From a virus, in IMG/VR virus record IMGVR_UViG_3300011189_000006, positions 1-64,000 of that record: a DNA stretch of 64,000 nucleotides; one strand, written 5' to 3'. The notes under the pieces are model-generated. The model was not told the origin of the DNA. It saw only the letters and a list, made by a program, of their open reading frames with translations, and searched no databases. A program made the position numbers and the translations under genes. Below are positions 9,382 to 19,231 of the stretch, in pieces. Numbering within the stretch: the stretch's first letter is position 1; the number at the start of each line of letters is the position of its first letter.

Positions 9382-9453
9382 AGTTCTATATTTCAACGGA
9401 TAGAATACTCGGCTACGGACCGAGAGATAGGGGTTCGAATCCTCTTAGAACTA
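9382..9453 (+). tRNA. tRNA-Arg(ACG)
   Basis: AGTTCTA/TAGAACT acceptor; CTCGG-CTACGGA-CCGAG anticodon arm. Confidence 0.9.
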
Positions 9454-9461
9454 CTAATTAT

Positions 9462-9551
9462 GGAAGATTTATCCGAAAGATTCTGGGTAGCGGAGACGGT
9501 CTTGAAAACCGTTTGCTTTAGGGCGTGTGGGTTCGAATCCCACATCTTCCG
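9462..9551 (+). tRNA. tRNA-Ser(TGA)
   Basis: GGAAGAT/ATCTTCC acceptor; ACGGT-CTTGAAA-ACCGT; long variable arm; enlarged D-loop. Confidence 0.9.
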
Positions 9552-9563
9552 CATAATTTTAAT

Positions 9564-9652
9564 GGAAGCGTACTCAATGTTGGCAAAGAGGCTGGTTTGC
9601 TAAACCAGTAGGTCTGTAAAAGGGCGAGTGGGATCGACACCCACCGTTTCCG
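9564..9652 (+). tRNA. tRNA-Ser(GCT)
   Basis: GGAAGCG/CGTTTCC acceptor; CTGGT-TTGCTAA-ACCAG; long variable arm. Confidence 0.9.
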
Positions 9653-11296
9653 CTAGTTTTTTATTAGTTCCTTTAATTCGTCTATTTGCTGTTGTAAGCT
9701 ATCTATCTTATTATTTTGCTCTTTATTCTCATTTTCCTGCTCTGCAAGTTTTAGAGATAAGAAACTATTATAATTAACAGACATCATTCCGTCATCCTCT
9801 GGTTTTTTTACAACTTCTGGATTTATCTTTTCTATTTCTTGGGCTATAGTACCATATACAGTAATCCCTGGTTGGGTTTTTAATTCATAAGAATATACTG
9901 ATTTTGATATCTTTTTAATATTGGTTTTAAGCCTTTTGTCAGAGCCTTCGAAAAAGTTATCTGCTGTAAAATCTCCACTCCAATCTAAATTTTTATCAGA
10001 TGTTAAAGCAAGCCTACCATTATTATCTACTCCAGAGTTTGATGCTAAGTGAAAATCTATATATCTTCCAATCTCCATTAATCCATCGGCACCAACATCA
10101 GGTATAAATGGCCAAGGTATATTTGCATTAGCACCTGCTATACTTAAACCATTTAAAGATGAAGCATCTACATTTGTAATCCGTGATCCATTTCCAATAA
10201 AGTTTTGTGCTGTAACATCGCCGAATGCTCTAAAATTACCCGACCCTCTACTAAATATAAACCTATTTAAAAATGAAGAGCCCGCGTCACGATATATAAT
10301 ATCAGCTCCCATATCAGCTATTAAAGTTGTTCCTGTAGCTTGGTATTTTAAATGACCTACATTACCAAAAGGTGAAGTACCACCTATTTTAAATTGAGAA
10401 TTATCGTTAATAGTTAGTGCACTTCCTGAAAAATTATCACTGGTATTGCTTCTTAAAAAATCATTACTATCTAAACTATCTAAAGTTGCAGCATCTACAT
10501 TTGTAATCTGTGATCCATTTCCAATAAAGTTTTGTGCTGTAACATCGCCATTATAATCCAAATTACCGTTTTCTCTTAAAGTTAGAGATTTGTTAGAAGC
10601 ATCATTTCGTATGCTAAGATCCGAGAACATAGTTATAGGAAATCCAATATAACCTTTGCGTGTTGTTCCGTTAGATTGATAAAATGAATAAAAAGAAGAG
10701 CTATTACTTCCTGGAAGACCTGTTTCAGTAGAACCCTTAATACCAGATCCATTTGGTATTAAAATTTTACTAGAAAAAGTCTTCTCACCATTAATAGTTT
10801 CAACTACACTTCCAGTCGCCCTAACAAAATTCGTACTATCAAAACCATCTAAAGTTTCTGCATCCGTACTTACAGAAATAATACCGTTTGAAATAATAAC
10901 TCCACTACCAATTTTTACACCTCCTAGAACTGCATCCGTTGCTGTTTGTAGGGTATAACCTACACCTGGTATCCTCTCCCAAAAAGTACCATTGTGAATA
11001 ACGTCATCTCCAACATCATATGATATAGACTTATTTCCAGAACTTCCTGAATCGTCTAAATCAGAAGTACCTGCTGTTGTAACTCTATAGTAATGTCCTT
11101 GAACGCCTGTACTATCTGCTAAAGTAGGAGTATTTGTATCTGCGTCCCAAGTGCCTTTATAAACTTGTGATGCAGATATTGGTGTCCATGTTGCGTTTCC
11201 ATCAGAGTCTGTTTTTAAAAAGTAACCATCTACTGCTCCTGATGTTAATTTAATTGTAGGTGCTTCTACGATATCTGCTATTAATTTAGTTGCCAT
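9653..11296 (-). CDS. Tail fibre protein with C-terminal intramolecular chaperone (peptidase S74)
   Basis: SDKRLKTNI...G.IAQEIE...PEVV...VNY followed by a coiled coil; DA.TLDG repeats. Confidence 0.8.
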   Translation of the reverse strand: MATKLIADIVEAPTIKLTSGAVDGYFLKTDSDGNATWTPISASQVYKGTWDADTNTPTLADSTGVQGHYYRVTTAGTSDLDDSGSSGNKSISYDVGDDVIHNGTFWERIPGVGYTLQTATDAVLGGVKIGSGVIISNGIISVSTDAETLDGFDSTNFVRATGSVVETINGEKTFSSKILIPNGSGIKGSTETGLPGSNSSSFYSFYQSNGTTRKGYIGFPITMFSDLSIRNDASNKSLTLRENGNLDYNGDVTAQNFIGNGSQITNVDAATLDSLDSNDFLRSNTSDNFSGSALTINDNSQFKIGGTSPFGNVGHLKYQATGTTLIADMGADIIYRDAGSSFLNRFIFSRGSGNFRAFGDVTAQNFIGNGSRITNVDASSLNGLSIAGANANIPWPFIPDVGADGLMEIGRYIDFHLASNSGVDNNGRLALTSDKNLDWSGDFTADNFFEGSDKRLKTNIKKISKSVYSYELKTQPGITVYGTIAQEIEKINPEVVKKPEDDGMMSVNYNSFLSLKLAEQENENKEQNNKIDSLQQQIDELKELIKN

Positions 11297-11325
11297 AATT
11301 ATTTATTAATTTTTTTTGTTAATAC

Positions 11326-13104
11326 TTAAACGATTAGGCTTGTCCAATTATTTTGTATTATTGTTATCCAAGCATAAGTATTATCATTGGTTTGCATACA
11401 CATCTCACAATATGTATTACCCCCATCTTTTCTATACCTCATTGTGCCTACCTTATCTAAAGAGGGTGCATCAGTATCATCAGACATCTTTATTCCACCA
11501 TCAACATCTAATTTAGATTTAGGGTTTGTAGTTCCTATACCTACTTTACCTTCTATAGATTGAGTTGTCTCCCCTGTTTTCTTAACTACATTGTTGTCCA
11601 ATGCATAATCACCTGCTGGTTGTATACCTGCTTGTACTAAGGTATTATTTATCCAAGCAGAACCATTCCATTTAAGTATTTCACCATTGGTATTACTTGT
11701 TATTATTACATTGTCATGTGAATCTAGTGAATGACCTAAAGGTGTTCTAGCATCAGATAGTCTAAAATCGTCTCCTTCTGTTGCTGTATTTGCTGTTGTA
11801 CCATATATTACTGCAAAAGTTCTTACCACAGTTCCATTATAAATATCACCTGATAAACCTGCACCAGGTGTTAAATTTTCATGAACATGATCTAGTAAAG
11901 AATACCTACCATCTAAAGATGTAGTAATATCAGGTAAGCTTCCAGTTCTTCCTGCAGTTAAGATACCAGTAGTATTACCAAAGGATAGAGCATCAACATA
12001 TTCATCTCCGTCTGGTGGTGAGTCTAAATCAGTCCAAGTAGTAGATATTGTACTACCATCTCTTTGTGTAAGCGTGATAGTTTTAGTATTAGTACCCGTA
12101 ACTGCCAATGAAGTAATACCATCATTATAAGAAGTATCCCATTGAGATTGTTTAGTTAATGTTGATATTCCGTAACCTTCTGTTGTAGATAGTACACCTG
12201 AACTGTTATTATAATCTAAACCTAAAACAGACTCACTGAAAGTTGAAGCTATATTAATTACACCTCCAGCTGAATAACTTATACCTATTCCATCACCCTC
12301 TACTAAATCTATAGAGTCATCTGAAAATATTCCTTTTCTTTGAAAACCGTTGCTTTTTAAATTCCAAGAGACGTAGTTATCATAATTACCTACTGGTTGT
12401 ATACCTGCTTGTGCTAAGGTATTATTTATCCAAGCAGAACCATTCCATTTAAGTATTTCACCATTGGTATTACTTGTTATTGTTACATTATTGTGTGAAT
12501 CTAGCGAATGTGATATTGGAGCATATCTACCATCTAAATCAACCGAATTTAAACCACTTACATGACCGAACGTATCCAAAGTAACATCTTGAATAACGAC
12601 ACCATTTGAATTATTAATAGAAGCTTGAGATGATGTGTCTGTGTGTGAAAATACAGTACCTGATAAATCTAAACCATTCCCTGCTGTATATGTTGTATTT
12701 GTATTAGTAACTGTCTCAGTAGCAGTAGTAATACCAGTTATATGACCAAAATCATCTAAAACTATATCTTGGATATAAGTTCTACCAGAATTATTACTGG
12801 AACCTTGTGAAGAAGTATCTTCATGACTAAAGACTAATCCTGTTAAATCTAATCCTGCACCAGGAGTGTAAGTAGTATCATTAGAGCTTGTTCCAGCACC
12901 TATTAGACTTCTAATTTCACTTGCAGTTATACCTGAATTTAAGCTTGGTGTTGATCCATTAGAAGTTATCGCAGGTGTACCTGTGTCTGAAACTAGTCCT
13001 GATATGCTTATGGAATTATCTACAAGCAAAACAATATTATCAGCATCTATATTACTATAGTCTGTTTCTGATGTGTTGTCTAATAAGTATATTTGGTGTT
13101 TCAT
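11326..13104 (-). CDS. Tail fibre-like structural protein with internal duplications
   Basis: Duplicated HSLDSHxNVxITSNTNGEILKWNGSAWINNTL and TYTxGxGLDL..FSH.DTSSQ blocks; VGIGTTNP motif. Confidence 0.7.
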   Translation of the reverse strand: MKHQIYLLDNTSETDYSNIDADNIVLLVDNSISISGLVSDTGTPAITSNGSTPSLNSGITASEIRSLIGAGTSSNDTTYTPGAGLDLTGLVFSHEDTSSQGSSNNSGRTYIQDIVLDDFGHITGITTATETVTNTNTTYTAGNGLDLSGTVFSHTDTSSQASINNSNGVVIQDVTLDTFGHVSGLNSVDLDGRYAPISHSLDSHNNVTITSNTNGEILKWNGSAWINNTLAQAGIQPVGNYDNYVSWNLKSNGFQRKGIFSDDSIDLVEGDGIGISYSAGGVINIASTFSESVLGLDYNNSSGVLSTTEGYGISTLTKQSQWDTSYNDGITSLAVTGTNTKTITLTQRDGSTISTTWTDLDSPPDGDEYVDALSFGNTTGILTAGRTGSLPDITTSLDGRYSLLDHVHENLTPGAGLSGDIYNGTVVRTFAVIYGTTANTATEGDDFRLSDARTPLGHSLDSHDNVIITSNTNGEILKWNGSAWINNTLVQAGIQPAGDYALDNNVVKKTGETTQSIEGKVGIGTTNPKSKLDVDGGIKMSDDTDAPSLDKVGTMRYRKDGGNTYCEMCMQTNDNTYAWITIIQNNWTSLIV

Positions 13105-13107
13105 TTT

Positions 13108-13212
13108 TTATATTTCTGTTTCCCAATTTGTAATATCACCTGTGAACCCTTCAGCGTCTTTAAACTGTAAAAGGCTTTCTTCTTCACTAAATGTTTTTGT
13201 ATGATCTTTCAT
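13108..13212 (-). CDS. Small hypothetical protein (34 aa, one BspA-like FxGDIxNW unit)
   Basis: ATG at 13212 to TAA at 13108; fills the gap in a co-directional operon. Confidence 0.4.
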   Translation of the reverse strand: MKDHTKTFSEEESLLQFKDAEGFTGDITNWETEI

Positions 13213-13235
13213 GGTGTTTATTTTTTAGTTATTGT

Positions 13236-14771
13236 TTAAGGACAAGTTCCCCATATTGGTCTTGAGTTTGCAAGCACCCAGGCGTCTGCTCCTGTGTCAA
13301 AGTTATTTGGTTCACTAGCTATATTAGTTACGCACCATCCTGACAAATCTTGGTTAAACGCTTCTGCATTAATAAACATTTGATCCATAAACGTAACATT
13401 ACTTACATCCCAATTATTAAGAGGTTGGTTGAATGCAGTTGTACCATTAAACATCCCTCCTATAGTAGTAACATTACTTACATCCCAATTATTTAAAGGT
13501 TGGTTAAATGAAGTTGTATTCATAAACATCCCTCCTATAGTAGTAGCACTGCTTAAATTCCAATTATTTATAGATTGGTTAAATAACAATGCACCATTAA
13601 ACATATTATTAAACAGAGTAACATTCGAGACATCCCAATTATCGAGTAGTTGGTTAAATGATGATGAATTATAAAACATTGAACTCATGCTAGTAACATT
13701 ACTTACATCCCAATTATTTAGAGGTTGGTTAAAAATAGAGTCTCTAAACATCCCTGACATATCTGTAACATTACTTACATCCCAATTATTTAATGGTTGG
13801 TTAAAAATAGAGCTTGTAAACATATTTCCTATACTATTTACACTACTAACATCCCAATTATTTAAAGGTTGGTTAAATGAAGTTGTATTCATAAACATAA
13901 ATCGCATAGTTGTGACATTACTAACATCCCAACTTGAAATATCCTGATTAGAACCAGAATTTATAAATGGTGTTATCTGATAACTAGGCGATATAGTTCC
14001 CTCCATATTAGTCACTAAAGTTGTACAAAATCCTGTTAAATCTGTGTTAGCATCTCCTTCGTTTATTATAGCTCTTAACTGTGTCTCATTGACTGCTGTA
14101 TAAATTTTACCACTATTATCTCCATCTACTGTTCCTAAAGAACCTGCTGGGAAACCCTCTTTTAAGACTACAGTTACACCATTAGGTGCATAGTAGAATG
14201 GGTTCTCAGTTAATTTCCATTTATGTAAAGTATTTAGTTCTCTTGTTATACTATTAGATATTGCATAAGCTTTTATTTTTGTGGGAATATCATCTTCAAA
14301 ATTTGAAGCCCCTATGTCTCCTAAACTAACTGTTATTAGTTTTTCTTTAATAGATGGCTTATTATCTAAATCATTATAATCATTGCTATAGATTCCCAAA
14401 AGAGGGTTATCTTCTTTGAATATATTACCATTTACATCATAAACCAAATAATCTCCCTTTTCCCAATCTATTCCAAAACGAGTAAATACAGTTGTGCATA
14501 TATATGCATTCCTAGCTTCTGATACATTATCATCAGTAAGTGTTGGTGTATTGGTTGTTGGATTCCATTGAGATATATACACTATACTATTACTAACAGA
14601 ATCAACATAACCCTTATTCACAATTTCAGTCGCATCAGAGGGAGTTCCAACATAATATAGTTTAGCACCAGACAAAAACTCAATTATTGCACCACTGTTT
14701 AATGATACACTACCGTTACCATCTAACTTTTCTAAACTTACTGAGTTATTTATAATTTGTTTTCCTCTCAT
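13236..14771 (-). CDS. BspA/DUF285-type LRR surface protein fused to a virion N-terminal anchor
   Basis: About 9 FNQPLNNWDVSNVTxMxxMF repeats; N-terminal GKQI..NS..LEKL motif. Confidence 0.8.
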   Translation of the reverse strand: MRGKQIINNSVSLEKLDGNGSVSLNSGAIIEFLSGAKLYYVGTPSDATEIVNKGYVDSVSNSIVYISQWNPTTNTPTLTDDNVSEARNAYICTTVFTRFGIDWEKGDYLVYDVNGNIFKEDNPLLGIYSNDYNDLDNKPSIKEKLITVSLGDIGASNFEDDIPTKIKAYAISNSITRELNTLHKWKLTENPFYYAPNGVTVVLKEGFPAGSLGTVDGDNSGKIYTAVNETQLRAIINEGDANTDLTGFCTTLVTNMEGTISPSYQITPFINSGSNQDISSWDVSNVTTMRFMFMNTTSFNQPLNNWDVSSVNSIGNMFTSSIFNQPLNNWDVSNVTDMSGMFRDSIFNQPLNNWDVSNVTSMSSMFYNSSSFNQLLDNWDVSNVTLFNNMFNGALLFNQSINNWNLSSATTIGGMFMNTTSFNQPLNNWDVSNVTTIGGMFNGTTAFNQPLNNWDVSNVTFMDQMFINAEAFNQDLSGWCVTNIASEPNNFDTGADAWVLANSRPIWGTCP

Positions 14772-14847
14772 CTGACCTAGTACTTTATTTTAAGTATATA
14801 TTATTAAACCAACTCTCCATTTATGTTGAAATACTTACTTAATTCAA

Positions 14848-15114
14848 TTAAAAGAATAATGTTGCTAGATACACACCTAGTGAAATCGAAAATCCACTAA
14901 CTAGAATAGCATGTTTGTCTATCTTTTTCTGAAATCTTTCCCATATATAACCAATTAAAAGAGCTGGTAAGATGGAAATAATAGTAATGCTAGATGGTTG
15001 TTGGTTTGATAAGTCCTCAAATACATATGCTATGATTGAGCAAGAAATAATCCCCAATATAATCCCAACAATTATATTTAAATGATATTGCGGTTTTTTG
15101 AAATATTTTTTCAT
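14848..15114 (-). CDS. Small membrane protein (3 TM)
   Basis: Three hydrophobic segments. Confidence 0.6.
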   Translation of the reverse strand: MKKYFKKPQYHLNIIVGIILGIISCSIIAYVFEDLSNQQPSSITIISILPALLIGYIWERFQKKIDKHAILVSGFSISLGVYLATLFF

Positions 15115-15140
15115 AAGTTTTTATTTATTTTATTTATTTT

Positions 15141-16853
15141 TTATGCTTCATATACTATTTCTACATCATCACCTGATCCCAAACTAAAACCAGCATTCCC
15201 AGCATTCCATACTAACAAATCACCGCTATTTAAGTTATCAAGAGCAAGTGGTACACTAGTTGCATTTGATGCAACAAAATAAGCATCTAAAGAATTGCTA
15301 CCATCTGCAACTTTTTGTTTTTGTCCATTTACTAATACTGAAACTCTAGAAAAATCACTAGGTGTATCACTAAGTGCTATAGTTGTAACAGAATCGTTGG
15401 AAGTATATGATGTTGCTAATGTTGTAAGATTATATACAGGTGTTGCATTTAAAAAAGCATTATCAACTTCAATCTGTCCACTTCCATTTATTGTTAATGT
15501 ACTATTATCTATATTTGCTTTTAATCCATTTCCGTTAAAAGCTAATCCAGAGCTAGTTGCTAAATCAATAGCTATTGCATCAGTTAATATTTCTAGACCT
15601 ACTCCAACATTTACTTCTAATACACCTGAATTAAGTGCTAGACCAGCACCAGCTAGACTAGAAGCAATTACTACATTATCACCAGAAACATCAAGTCCAC
15701 CACTAGCATTTACTGCAAAAACACCTGTTGTGAAGCTAAGTCCTGCACCAGCAGCACTAGAGGCAATAGATACACTAGTACCATTTACGGTAAGTCCATT
15801 ATTAGCACCTACGCTTAATACGCCAGAATTGAGTGTTAAGCCATTCCCAGCAGCACTAGAAGCAATAGATACATTAGTACCATCTACAGTAAGTCCACCA
15901 CTAGCACCCACGTTAAATACACCATTCGTTAGCGTAAGACCATCACCAGCAGTACTAGAAGCAAGTGTTACATCATCACCATCAATTACAAGTCCACCAC
16001 TAGCATTTACTGCAAAAACACCTGTTGTAAAGCTAAGTCCACTACCAGCGGCAAGTGGATTTATAGATACACCATTCACATCAGCGATAATGCCTTCATT
16101 TGGAACAATATCTATCTTACTCCCATTGTCAGTTAAGCCAAGACCAGCTAAATCACTAGCAACTTGTGCAGTATCTAAAGAAACTACATTATTATTTCTT
16201 GATAAACCTGTACCAATATCCGTTAACAGTGCTAACTCAGAACCATCGATACCAGCAACCCAAACAGATGCAGATTCATCCCATATAAGATTGGCTCGTG
16301 GATCTGTACCTCTGTCTATTTCTATACCAGCATCAACTCCACTTCCTGCGGAATTTCCTTTGGCTAATGTTATAATATCATCAGTTATTTCTAATTGAGT
16401 CGTATTTACAAAAGTGGTAGTTCCATTGACTGTAAAATCACCATCAACTATTAAATTATTTGAAAATGTTCTGTTACCAGCTATAGTACTTTTCAATGTA
16501 ACTGTATCACTAGTTACTTCTAATGCATCTGAATCAACATTAACGCTATATACACCAGTTGTGTATGCTAACCCACCACCTGCACTAAGAGGATCTAGGC
16601 TAAATGTTAAATTTGTGAGTTCTAAACCATCACCAGCTACGTATATTGCATCTTGTGATGCTTGTGATACCAGTCCATCAACATATAGTTTGTTGACTAA
16701 TTCATCATCTGTTGTTGGAGCATCTGTATAAAGCAGTTTAGCTCCTGTTAAAAAATTGATTTCAGTAGTACTATCTAAAGATACTTGACCACCTGTTAAT
16801 TTGTTAAGAACAATAGAATTATCCCTAATTTGCTTTCCGTGTAATTTACTCAT
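15141..16853 (-). CDS. Virion fibre-like protein with ~33-aa Gly/Ala repeats
   Basis: GL.L..GV..V.A.GGL.V.G..V.IASS.AG repeats; NL.VDGDFTVNGTTT motif. Confidence 0.7.
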   Translation of the reverse strand: MSKLHGKQIRDNSIVLNKLTGGQVSLDSTTEINFLTGAKLLYTDAPTTDDELVNKLYVDGLVSQASQDAIYVAGDGLELTNLTFSLDPLSAGGGLAYTTGVYSVNVDSDALEVTSDTVTLKSTIAGNRTFSNNLIVDGDFTVNGTTTFVNTTQLEITDDIITLAKGNSAGSGVDAGIEIDRGTDPRANLIWDESASVWVAGIDGSELALLTDIGTGLSRNNNVVSLDTAQVASDLAGLGLTDNGSKIDIVPNEGIIADVNGVSINPLAAGSGLSFTTGVFAVNASGGLVIDGDDVTLASSTAGDGLTLTNGVFNVGASGGLTVDGTNVSIASSAAGNGLTLNSGVLSVGANNGLTVNGTSVSIASSAAGAGLSFTTGVFAVNASGGLDVSGDNVVIASSLAGAGLALNSGVLEVNVGVGLEILTDAIAIDLATSSGLAFNGNGLKANIDNSTLTINGSGQIEVDNAFLNATPVYNLTTLATSYTSNDSVTTIALSDTPSDFSRVSVLVNGQKQKVADGSNSLDAYFVASNATSVPLALDNLNSGDLLVWNAGNAGFSLGSGDDVEIVYEA

Positions 16854-17041
16854 TTCGTTATTTTTTTTTGTATATTGACTTATTATAGATTATATATTAA
16901 ATATTAAAACTCTTATTTATATATCTTGATAAAAGAGCTATTTGATATTTGATATATAAACAAAATTAAATACCACTATTTATAACTTTTAAGAAAAAAA
17001 GGTATTTGATATTTAATATATAAACAAAATTAAATAACGAA

Positions 17042-19204
17042 ATGAGCCAATTAGACGGAAAGCAAATTAAAAATGATTCTATTACCCTTAATAAATTAAC
17101 GGGTGGTGACCAAACATTTTCAGTAGGAACAACTCTTAATTTTAACACAGGATCTGTACTAACAATAAGTGCTGACTCCATATCAGCACCAAATTCAGTC
17201 GTAAATAAACAATATGTAGACTCCGTTGTAGAAGGATTAGACGTAAAAGAATCTGTGATTCTTAGAATATTTGATGATGCTACTGTATTAACTGGTGAAC
17301 AAACTATACAAAGTGTTGTTTTGGTTGATGGTGATCGAGTTTTGGTAAACAGAACAACCGCAACTACTGATAGTAATTTATATATAGTAAGAAGTGGTGC
17401 ATGGGAAGTTGCTTTAGATGCAGTTCCTAATGATACTTTAACATCTGGTTCTTTTGTTTTTATAGAAGAGGGTGATTTCTCTAATAGTGGCTTTGTTCTA
17501 ATTACTTCTGATGAAGATTTAGCAGAAGTAACGCCATTACTATCATGGACACAATTTACTAATGCTAGTCTAGTGAATACTGGTGTAACACCAGATACTT
17601 ATGGTGATGAGACAACCAATACTGTTCCAACTTTTACAGTGGATTCTAAGGGTCGAATTACAAGTGCTAGTTCATATACAATAAATTTAGGAATAGGTGC
17701 TGCTGAGGATGGTTCTTACACAGATGGTATTTTTAATGATTTTACTGAAACTACACCAGTTGGAACAGCAGTAGATAGATTTAATGAGGTTTTGCTTTTA
17801 TTAGCACCAGCACCACCAAAGAATTGGAATAATACAATTACATCATTATCGTTTGTAGAGAGTCCTAGAAATGCTAGAACCTTAACATCTGGTACAACTA
17901 TAAATAACCTTTATATAGATAACACTCCTTCACTTTCTAGTTATGGTGGTTCTCAAAATATAGGAATAGGTGAAGATGCAAGAGTTGCAACTGGGTTGTT
18001 TGAATTATTAGATAATGGGGTATCTTTAGAGACTTTTACATTAGATGGTGAAAATACAACAGCTAATACTAGTGGATATTTAAGACATAGTGCATCTGTT
18101 GATACTTATGATGGTCAAGCTGGTAAGGCTGGGTTTTGGACAGGTATAACTAGCTTTTCATTTGGCTCGACTGCTTTTCCAGCAATAACACCTTCTAGTA
18201 CTGAAAGAACAGTTACACTAACTTATCCTGGTAATAATTCACCAGTTGAATTAGATTATTATATTGATTCGCCATTAGCAGTAAGCATATCAAATGCAAG
18301 TGCTGACTTCCCAGCTATGAATAATTTTATAAGTGGTCTACCATCGTTAACAAATGGTGCTACTATAACCAACATAGATTTTGATATTAATAACGTTGCT
18401 TCATTTTTTTACTCACCAAACGATGTTTGGCAAATAGAACAAGGTGTGGTAAACGCACAGACTGGTGACCCAGATACAATACCAACAACAAATGGGGAGA
18501 CTGGTGTATCAACTGGTAATTCAACAACAATAAGAAATGCTCAATTTAGTGATACGAGTGTATCGTTTTCAATAAGAGGAAGAAACTCAATAGGTGTGTA
18601 TGGTAGTACAGAAACAGTATCATCTAATACAACTAGAATAGATACAGTATCTGATGAAAGTAATAGATTTACATCTGGTGCAGGTTCCTATCCAACAACT
18701 GGATTTGGTAACAATTATGACTCGACACAATCTTTATTAACAGGTAGTTATGTAAACGAGTTACTTTTAATTAATGGTACTTATGAGTATCCAACTGGTG
18801 ACTATACTGCTTTTGGTGCAGATAATTATGATAATGCTACTGGAACTAGATTTGCGACATTCAAGTTCCCTAATGCATTTACTAACAACTCAGCTTTTAC
18901 ATTAAATATTAATAACTCTAGTGGTATAACACAAAAAATTAACGAATCAGATATGTTATTGGAGGTAAAAATAGAAGGCTCTACTTCTTCATCTTGGGTT
19001 GATGCTGATAGTGGATATAGTGGTGTTGGTAATCCAGGGTCTGGTGTTGATGGAGTTGCATCGGTTGTGGTAGCAAGTTCTACCTCAACTTCTAGAAGAA
19101 TAACATTTGGATCTGCTATCTACACTGGTGATATAATAATAAGAATAGGGTTTACTGCTAGTTCTTCTAAGACTTTTAGAAGTATAACAGTAAGTGATAT
19201 ATAA
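17042..19204 (+). CDS. Virion structural / fibre protein
   Basis: GKQI N-terminus, NKQYVD..V.GLDVKES and GDRVLV motifs; Ser/Thr/Gly-rich. Confidence 0.7.
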   Translation: MSQLDGKQIKNDSITLNKLTGGDQTFSVGTTLNFNTGSVLTISADSISAPNSVVNKQYVDSVVEGLDVKESVILRIFDDATVLTGEQTIQSVVLVDGDRVLVNRTTATTDSNLYIVRSGAWEVALDAVPNDTLTSGSFVFIEEGDFSNSGFVLITSDEDLAEVTPLLSWTQFTNASLVNTGVTPDTYGDETTNTVPTFTVDSKGRITSASSYTINLGIGAAEDGSYTDGIFNDFTETTPVGTAVDRFNEVLLLLAPAPPKNWNNTITSLSFVESPRNARTLTSGTTINNLYIDNTPSLSSYGGSQNIGIGEDARVATGLFELLDNGVSLETFTLDGENTTANTSGYLRHSASVDTYDGQAGKAGFWTGITSFSFGSTAFPAITPSSTERTVTLTYPGNNSPVELDYYIDSPLAVSISNASADFPAMNNFISGLPSLTNGATITNIDFDINNVASFFYSPNDVWQIEQGVVNAQTGDPDTIPTTNGETGVSTGNSTTIRNAQFSDTSVSFSIRGRNSIGVYGSTETVSSNTTRIDTVSDESNRFTSGAGSYPTTGFGNNYDSTQSLLTGSYVNELLLINGTYEYPTGDYTAFGADNYDNATGTRFATFKFPNAFTNNSAFTLNINNSSGITQKINESDMLLEVKIEGSTSSSWVDADSGYSGVGNPGSGVDGVASVVVASSTSTSRRITFGSAIYTGDIIIRIGFTASSSKTFRSITVSDI

Positions 19205-19231
19205 AAAAATAAAAAAAATAAAAATATAAAA

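Noticed and set aside
8958-9603. Track ORFs 8958..9149 and 9322..9603
   Set aside because: They overlap clear tRNA cloverleaves and are spurious
13380-13940. CRISPR-like periodic DNA repeats
   Set aside because: These are in-frame BspA coding repeats, not repeat-spacer units; no cas genes seen
15295-16731. Long + strand ORFs (367 aa and 105 aa)
   Set aside because: Antisense shadows of the Gly/Ala/Thr-rich fibre gene; the same applies to most nested antisense ORFs in the track
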